A DNA stretch of 64,000 bases from an uncultured Actinomycetota bacterium. GTDB lineage: Bacteria; Actinomycetota; Actinomycetes; Prado026. Positions 58,612-64,000 of the stretch are shown here, piece after piece. A program made the position numbers and the translations under genes. Position 1 is the stretch's first letter. The number at the start of each line of letters is the position of its first letter. Under the pieces are notes generated by a model. It made no database searches, was not told the DNA's origin, and saw only the letters and a list, made by a program, of their open reading frames with translations. The DNA lies in the NCBI GenBank assembly GCA_963819215.1, contig CAWFVK010000003.1, forward strand, positions 138,062 to 202,061, read 5' to 3'.

Positions 58612-59806
58612 TCAGGCCGGGTCGCAGAGGATGACGACGGGGTCATCGCCGAGCCGGGTGAGGACGATCGTGCGCATCGGGCCCTTGCCGTCGAGCCGGA
58701 GCCGGGTCCGCAGCTCCTGCGGGTCGATCGCGATCCCGCGCTTCTTCACGACCACGTCGCCGACGCCCCGCTCGCGCAGCACCGCTCGCAGCCGCTTCAG
58801 CTGGAACGGCATGACGGCCTCCACCTCGTAGCGCTTGGTGAACGGCGAAGCGGTGCCGGCGTCGGTGCTGAGGTAGGCGATGTGCGGGTCGACCAACCAG
58901 GCACCGAGCGCCTGGGCCGCCTCGGCGACCAGCCCGGCCCTGATCACGGCACCGTCCGGCTCGTGGAGCCAGGCGCCGATCGGCCCCGTCGGTGGCGCGC
59001 CGAGCGCGGGGTCGTCCACCAGCGTCGCGCGGGACGGCAGCAGGGTGGCTCGACGGCTGGCGCCGCTCGCCAGCGGGCCGAACCAGAGCGCAGCCTCCTT
59101 CACCTCGCCGCTGTCGGAGACCCACTCAGCCTCCGCGCCGGCGGGGACGAGCGCGTGCGGGATGCCGGGCGCGACCTTGGCGCCGACCGCCGGGAGGCGG
59201 TCGGCGAGCTCGGCGATGAACGAGAACGGAGGGGAGTAGGCGTTCGGGTCGAAGGTCCGGCGCCCGGCGGACGTCCGGCGCGCGGGGTCGACGAACGCCG
59301 CCTGGTAGCCGGCGAGGTCGGTGCTGGTGACGTCGTCCACCCTCACCTCGCACCTGGGCGCTCAGCCCGAGCGCCGCCGCGTTGGCCAGCGCGGTGGCCG
59401 CGGTGACGGGATCCTGGTCGACGCCCAGCACCGGCAGGCCGGCCCGGGCGAGCGCGACGAGGTCACCGCCGATGCCGCAGCAGAGGTCGGCCACGGCGGT
59501 GCCGTGGGCCGCGAACCGCACCGCACGCTGCTCGGCGACGCTGGTGCGGGTGGCCTGCTCGAGGCCCGCCGCGGTGAAGAACATCCGGTCGGCGTCGTCG
59601 CCCAGCTTGGCCCTGGCCCGGCGCCGCAGCGCGGCCTGCGTCAGCGCGGCGGCCACCAGCTCCTGGTCCGGTTCGTCGCGGCGCAGCCTCGTCGCGAGCG
59701 CGAGGGTGGTCTGGCCCTGGTCGAGACCGACCGCCGCCGTGGCCAGCAGCTGCGCGCCGGCCGGCGTCCGGAGACGGTCGAGCAGCTCGGTGCCGGCGGG
59801 GTCCAT
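58612..59806 (-). pseudogene. class I SAM-dependent methyltransferase with a THUMP-like C-terminal region, one frame break at about 59338
   Basis: MDPAGTELLDRL...VADLCCGIGGDLVALARAGLPVLGVDQDP (ORF 59126..59833), then VDDVTSTDLAGYQAAFVDPARR...EVEAVMPFQLKRLRAVLRERGVG (ORF 58612..59346). Confidence 0.7.
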
Positions 59807-59843
59807 CCGGCCAGCCTTGCAGCACCGGAGCACCTGCCGTTAG

Positions 59844-59870
59844 CTGGCACTCGGGTTGACGGAGTGCTAA
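59844..59870 (+). promoter_or_regulatory. CIRCE (HrcA operator) copy 1
   Basis: CTGGCACTC-gggttgacg-GAGTGCTAA versus consensus TTAGCACTC-N9-GAGTGCTAA. The right half is perfect. Confidence 0.85.
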
Positions 59871-59884
59871 CCGCTGCCTAGTGT
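59856..59884 (+). promoter_or_regulatory. groES-groEL promoter
   Basis: TTGACG-17 nt-TAGTGT. The -35 sits in the CIRCE-1 spacer and CIRCE-2 starts 9 nt after the -10. Confidence 0.6.
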
Positions 59885-59892
59885 TGGCGGCG

Positions 59893-59919
59893 TTGGCACT
59901 CTCGACCCGAGAGCGCCAG
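59893..59919 (+). promoter_or_regulatory. CIRCE (HrcA operator) copy 2
   Basis: TTGGCACTC-tcgacccga-GAGCGCCAG, the high-GC variant of the inverted repeat with a 9-nt spacer. Confidence 0.75.
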
Positions 59920-60054
59920 CGGGACATGGGCCTGCTGCTGGTTCGCCGGAGCAGGCTCCCAACTACATCTCTCAACAAGCGAGCTTGGTCCTGGCCCCGC
60001 GACGACAGGGCCGAGGTCGCCCCCCGTTGACGAATCGTCGGAGGTAAACCCATC

Positions 60055-60348
60055 GTGTCGGTCTCCATCAAGCCGCTCGAGGACCGCATCCTCGTGAAGT
60101 CCATCGAAGCCGAGAAGACCACCGCGTCCGGCCTCGTGATCCCGGACACCGCCAAGGAGAAGCCCCAGGAGGGCGAGGTCCTGGCCGTTGGTCCGGGTCG
60201 CTTCGAGGATGGTCAGCGCCTGCCGCTGGACATCAAGGTCGGCGACAAGGTGATCTACAGCAAGTACGGCGGCACCGAGGTCAAGTACAACGGCGAGGAG
60301 TACCTCATCCTCTCCTCCCGCGACGTGCTCGCGGTCCTCGAAGGCTGA
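60055..60348 (+). CDS. groES: co-chaperonin GroES
   Basis: [49 protein letters not shown]...[32 protein letters not shown]. Confidence 0.97.
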   Translation: MSVSIKPLEDRILVKSIEAEKTTASGLVIPDTAKEKPQEGEVLAVGPGRFEDGQRLPLDIKVGDKVIYSKYGGTEVKYNGEEYLILSSRDVLAVLEG

Positions 60349-60374
60349 GCCACCGCTCAACGCTTCACGGCTGA

Positions 60375-62138
<1,764 letters not shown>

Positions 62139-62184
62139 CCGGTCCCGCTGAACTGCACCACCCTGCGCGACCCTCGCACGAACC

Positions 62185-62221
62185 GGAAGGCCCGGCCCCC
62201 AGACAGGGGGCCGGGCCTTCC
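62185..62221. terminator. perfect 16-bp stem-loop after groEL, between the convergent groEL and whiB3 genes (could act bidirectionally)
   Basis: GGAAGGCCCGGCCCCC-agaca-GGGGGCCGGGCCTTCC. Confidence 0.6.
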
Positions 62222-62227
62222 GCCGTC

Positions 62228-62271
62228 TCGCGGGCCGTCCACGCCCGTCGTTCGCGGGCCGTCCACGCCCG
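62228..62271. repeat. 20-nt exact direct repeat (TCGCGGGCCGTCCACGCCCG), period 24
   Basis: Copies at 62228-62247 and 62252-62271, between the terminator and the whiB3 stop. Confidence 0.8.
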
Positions 62272-62287
62272 AGGGCAGAGCGGGGCT

Positions 62288-62594
62288 TCAGCTGACAGCG
62301 GCGAGCCCCCGACGGCGCTGGCCGTCGGCGTAGACCGCCTCGCGCTCCTCCTCGCTGAGGCCGCCCCAGACGCCGTAGGGCTCACGGACCGAGCAGAGCG
62401 TGCGCCCGGCACTCGACCAGCACCGGGCAGGTCGTGCAGACCTGCTTGGCCGCGAGGTCGCGGTTCGCGCGGGCCGGCCCGCGCTCGCCCTCGGGGTGGA
62501 AGAACAAGTTGGTGTCGACGGTGCGGCAGGCGGACTCGAGCTGCCAGTCCCACAGGTCCGCGTTCGGGCCGGGCAGTCGGGAGATGTCGGCCAT
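62288..62594 (-). pseudogene. whiB3: WhiB-family Fe-S transcription factor, WhiB3/WhiD type, one frame break at about 62390
   Basis: MADISRLPGPNADLWDWQLESACRTVDTNLFFHPEGERGPARANRDLAAKQVCTTCPVLVECRAHAL (ORF 62382..62594), then SVREPYGVWGGLSEEEREAVYADGQRRRGLAAVS* in the next frame. It lies convergent with groEL, as in mycobacteria. Confidence 0.85.
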
Positions 62595-62646
62595 GGTGTG
62601 GGCCTCCAGAAGGGGCTGAAAAGGGGTGGTGTCAGCGAGTAGGACG

Positions 62647-62675
62647 AACGTAGTACCGCTTCATAAGTTGGTCAA
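62647..62675 (-). promoter_or_regulatory. candidate whiB3 promoter
   Basis: On the minus strand, TTGACC-17 nt-TACGTT. About 50 nt upstream of the ATG, with GGAGG 7 nt before the start. Confidence 0.5.
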
Positions 62676-62691
62676 CTTACAGAACTGTACT
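62652..62691. promoter_or_regulatory. 40-bp dyad-symmetric element (candidate operator) overlapping the whiB3 -35/-10
   Basis: AGTAC-N7-TAAGTTG-gt-CAACTTA-N7-GTACT. The inner 7-bp and outer 5-bp arms are perfect, and this is the most AT-rich spot of the spacer. Confidence 0.5.
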
Positions 62692-62851
62692 CCGGTAACG
62701 CCCGCCCCCACGGGAGGCACCGGTGCTGCTCGGCCGGTTGACCACCATTCGGAACGGATACCCATCCGGATGGGTTCGACACCTGCCGACGCCCACGATT
62801 TCTGCGGATTCCGCGCACCTCCGGTGGCGAGGGTGGGACGGGCGGCCGACA

Positions 62852-63846
62852 ATGACCGCTATGCCGCCGACGCCGAAGGGCGTGGAGCCAGCGTCCGCTG
62901 CGCTGACCACCCCACCCGTCGCGAACGAGCCGCCCCTTCCGGCGGCTGCGTTGTCGGTCGCCGCCGTGGCGAGACGGCTCGGCGTCGCGCCAGCGACCCT
63001 GCGCACCTGGGACCGCCGTTACGGCGTGGGCCCCACTGAGCACGAAGCCGGCTCACACCGGCGCTACGGGCCGGCTGACGTCGCCCGGCTCGAGGTGATG
63101 CGGCGGTTGATCCACGGCGGAGTGAACCCGAGTGAAGCTGCCAGGGTGGCGCTGGAGGCCGGTCCGACAGACCCCGCCCGACGGTGCGGCCGCGGCCACC
63201 AGAGCTGGGGGTGGGCGGGTGCTCGCCCTGCCGGTCGGCAGCGGGCAGGTGCGCGGTCTGGCCCGCGCGGCGATGGCGCTCGACGCCGCCTCTGCCGTGG
63301 CAGCGGTCGAGCGATCGCTGGACCGGGTCGGCGTGATCGCCACCTGGGAGGAGCTCGTCAGCCCCGTGCTGCACAGCGTCGGCTCGCACTGGGAGGCGAC
63401 CGGCGAAGGCGTCGAGGTCGAGCACCTGCTGGCCGAGAGCGTGATCGAGGCGATGCATGCCGTCATGGCCAGGTTGCGCTCGCCGGTGAACCCGCGACCC
63501 GTGCTGCTCGCCTCCGCCGAGGGGGAGATGCACTCGCTGCCGTTGTACGCCCTCGCGGCAGCCCTCGCCGAACGGTCCGTGTCCAGCAGGGTCCTCGGCG
63601 CCCGGCTCCCTCGTGAGGGGCTGGCCGCAGCCGTCCGTCGCTCCGGACCGGCCGCGGTCTTCGTGTGGTCCCAGGTGCGTGGCCACCGGTGACGGGGCGC
63701 AGCTCGCCGCGCTCCCTGCGCTGCGCCCGACCCCGTTGATCCTCGCGGGCGGCCCGGGCTGGCACGGAGGGTTGCCGGCCGGCACGGAGCGCGTGGACAG
63801 CCTCGAGGCTGCTGCCGATCGGGTCTTCGCCGCCGCAGGTGCGTAG
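62852..63846 (+). pseudogene. MerR-family regulator with a C-terminal B12-binding-like domain, two +1 frame breaks (about 63175 and about 63680)
   Basis: LSVAAVARRLGVAPATLRTWDRRYGVGPTEHEAGSHRRYGPADVARLEVMRRL (ORF 62723..63616), then VLALPVGSGQVRGLARAAMALD...VLLASAEGEMHSLPLYALAAALAERSV (ORF 63132..63692), then LILAGGPGW...VDSLEAAADRVFAAAGA* (ORF 63613..63846). Confidence 0.7.
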
Positions 63847-63918
63847 CTCGCGGCGGCGCTGGCGATAGCCTGCGCGGATGAGGTGCCCGTCGGCATCCCA
63901 GGGGCGAGGGAGATTGCG

Positions 63919-64000
63919 TTGTCGGACGAGCTTGCGGCTCTGCTGTCCGCTGGCGAGCGCGCCGCGTTCCACGGGCGACCCGGCGCGGGCATCGCTCCGC
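63919..64000 (+). CDS. possible 5' end of a CDS running off the window (ECF sigma factor N-terminus is a guess from mycobacterial whiB3-sigD synteny)
   Basis: TTG 63919 preceded by GAGGGAG. It translates LSDELAALLSAGERAAFHGRPGAGIAP, so only 27 codons are visible. Confidence 0.15.
   Translation, partial: MSDELAALLSAGERAAFHGRPGAGIAP

Overview
GC-rich actinobacterial chromosome segment. The gene order resembles Micrococcales/Cellulomonas, but that is an inference from protein sequences and synteny, not a search result. The window is almost entirely the conserved translation/transcription core. In order it holds: tRNA-Thr, tRNA-Met, rpmG, an SDR plus a MaoC-dehydratase pair, murB, tRNA-Trp, secE-nusG, rplKA, rplJL, rpoBC, the str operon (rpsL-rpsG-fusA-tuf), the S10/spc/alpha operons (rpsJ through rplQ, including secY-adk-map-infA-rpmJ) and truA. 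A three-gene accessory slot follows (PAS-LuxR regulator, carbamate kinase, ABC-F ATPase). After that come rplM-rpsI-glmM-glmS, acpS, nnr, the tsaEBD/rimI cluster, groES-groEL with two CIRCE operators, a WhiB3/WhiD-type gene and a MerR-type regulator. I count about 74 protein genes and 3 tRNAs. I saw no rRNA, CRISPR array, transposase, integrase or phage genes, and no convincing novel multi-gene system. The dominant anomaly is technical: 26 genes are broken by roughly a hundred single-base frame shifts, many in indispensable genes (rpoC, fusA, secY, secE, rpoA, groEL, glmS, glmM and seven r-protein genes). These shifts fall in four dense patches separated by long clean stretches, which looks like unpolished consensus error rather than pseudogenisation. 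I give full-length spans for these genes and label them pseudogene as sequenced. The observations most worth a second look are these. A 25-nt box is shared (24/25 identical) by the rpsL and rpsJ leaders. Short 9-24 nt tandem repeats recur just upstream of, or at the start of, several genes (secE, rplA, rplJ, infA, acpS and the UDG start codon). A 40-bp dyad overlaps the predicted whiB3 promoter beside a MerR/B12-like regulator. Mutually exclusive hairpins lie upstream of the ABC-F gene. L17 carries a long C-terminal extension.
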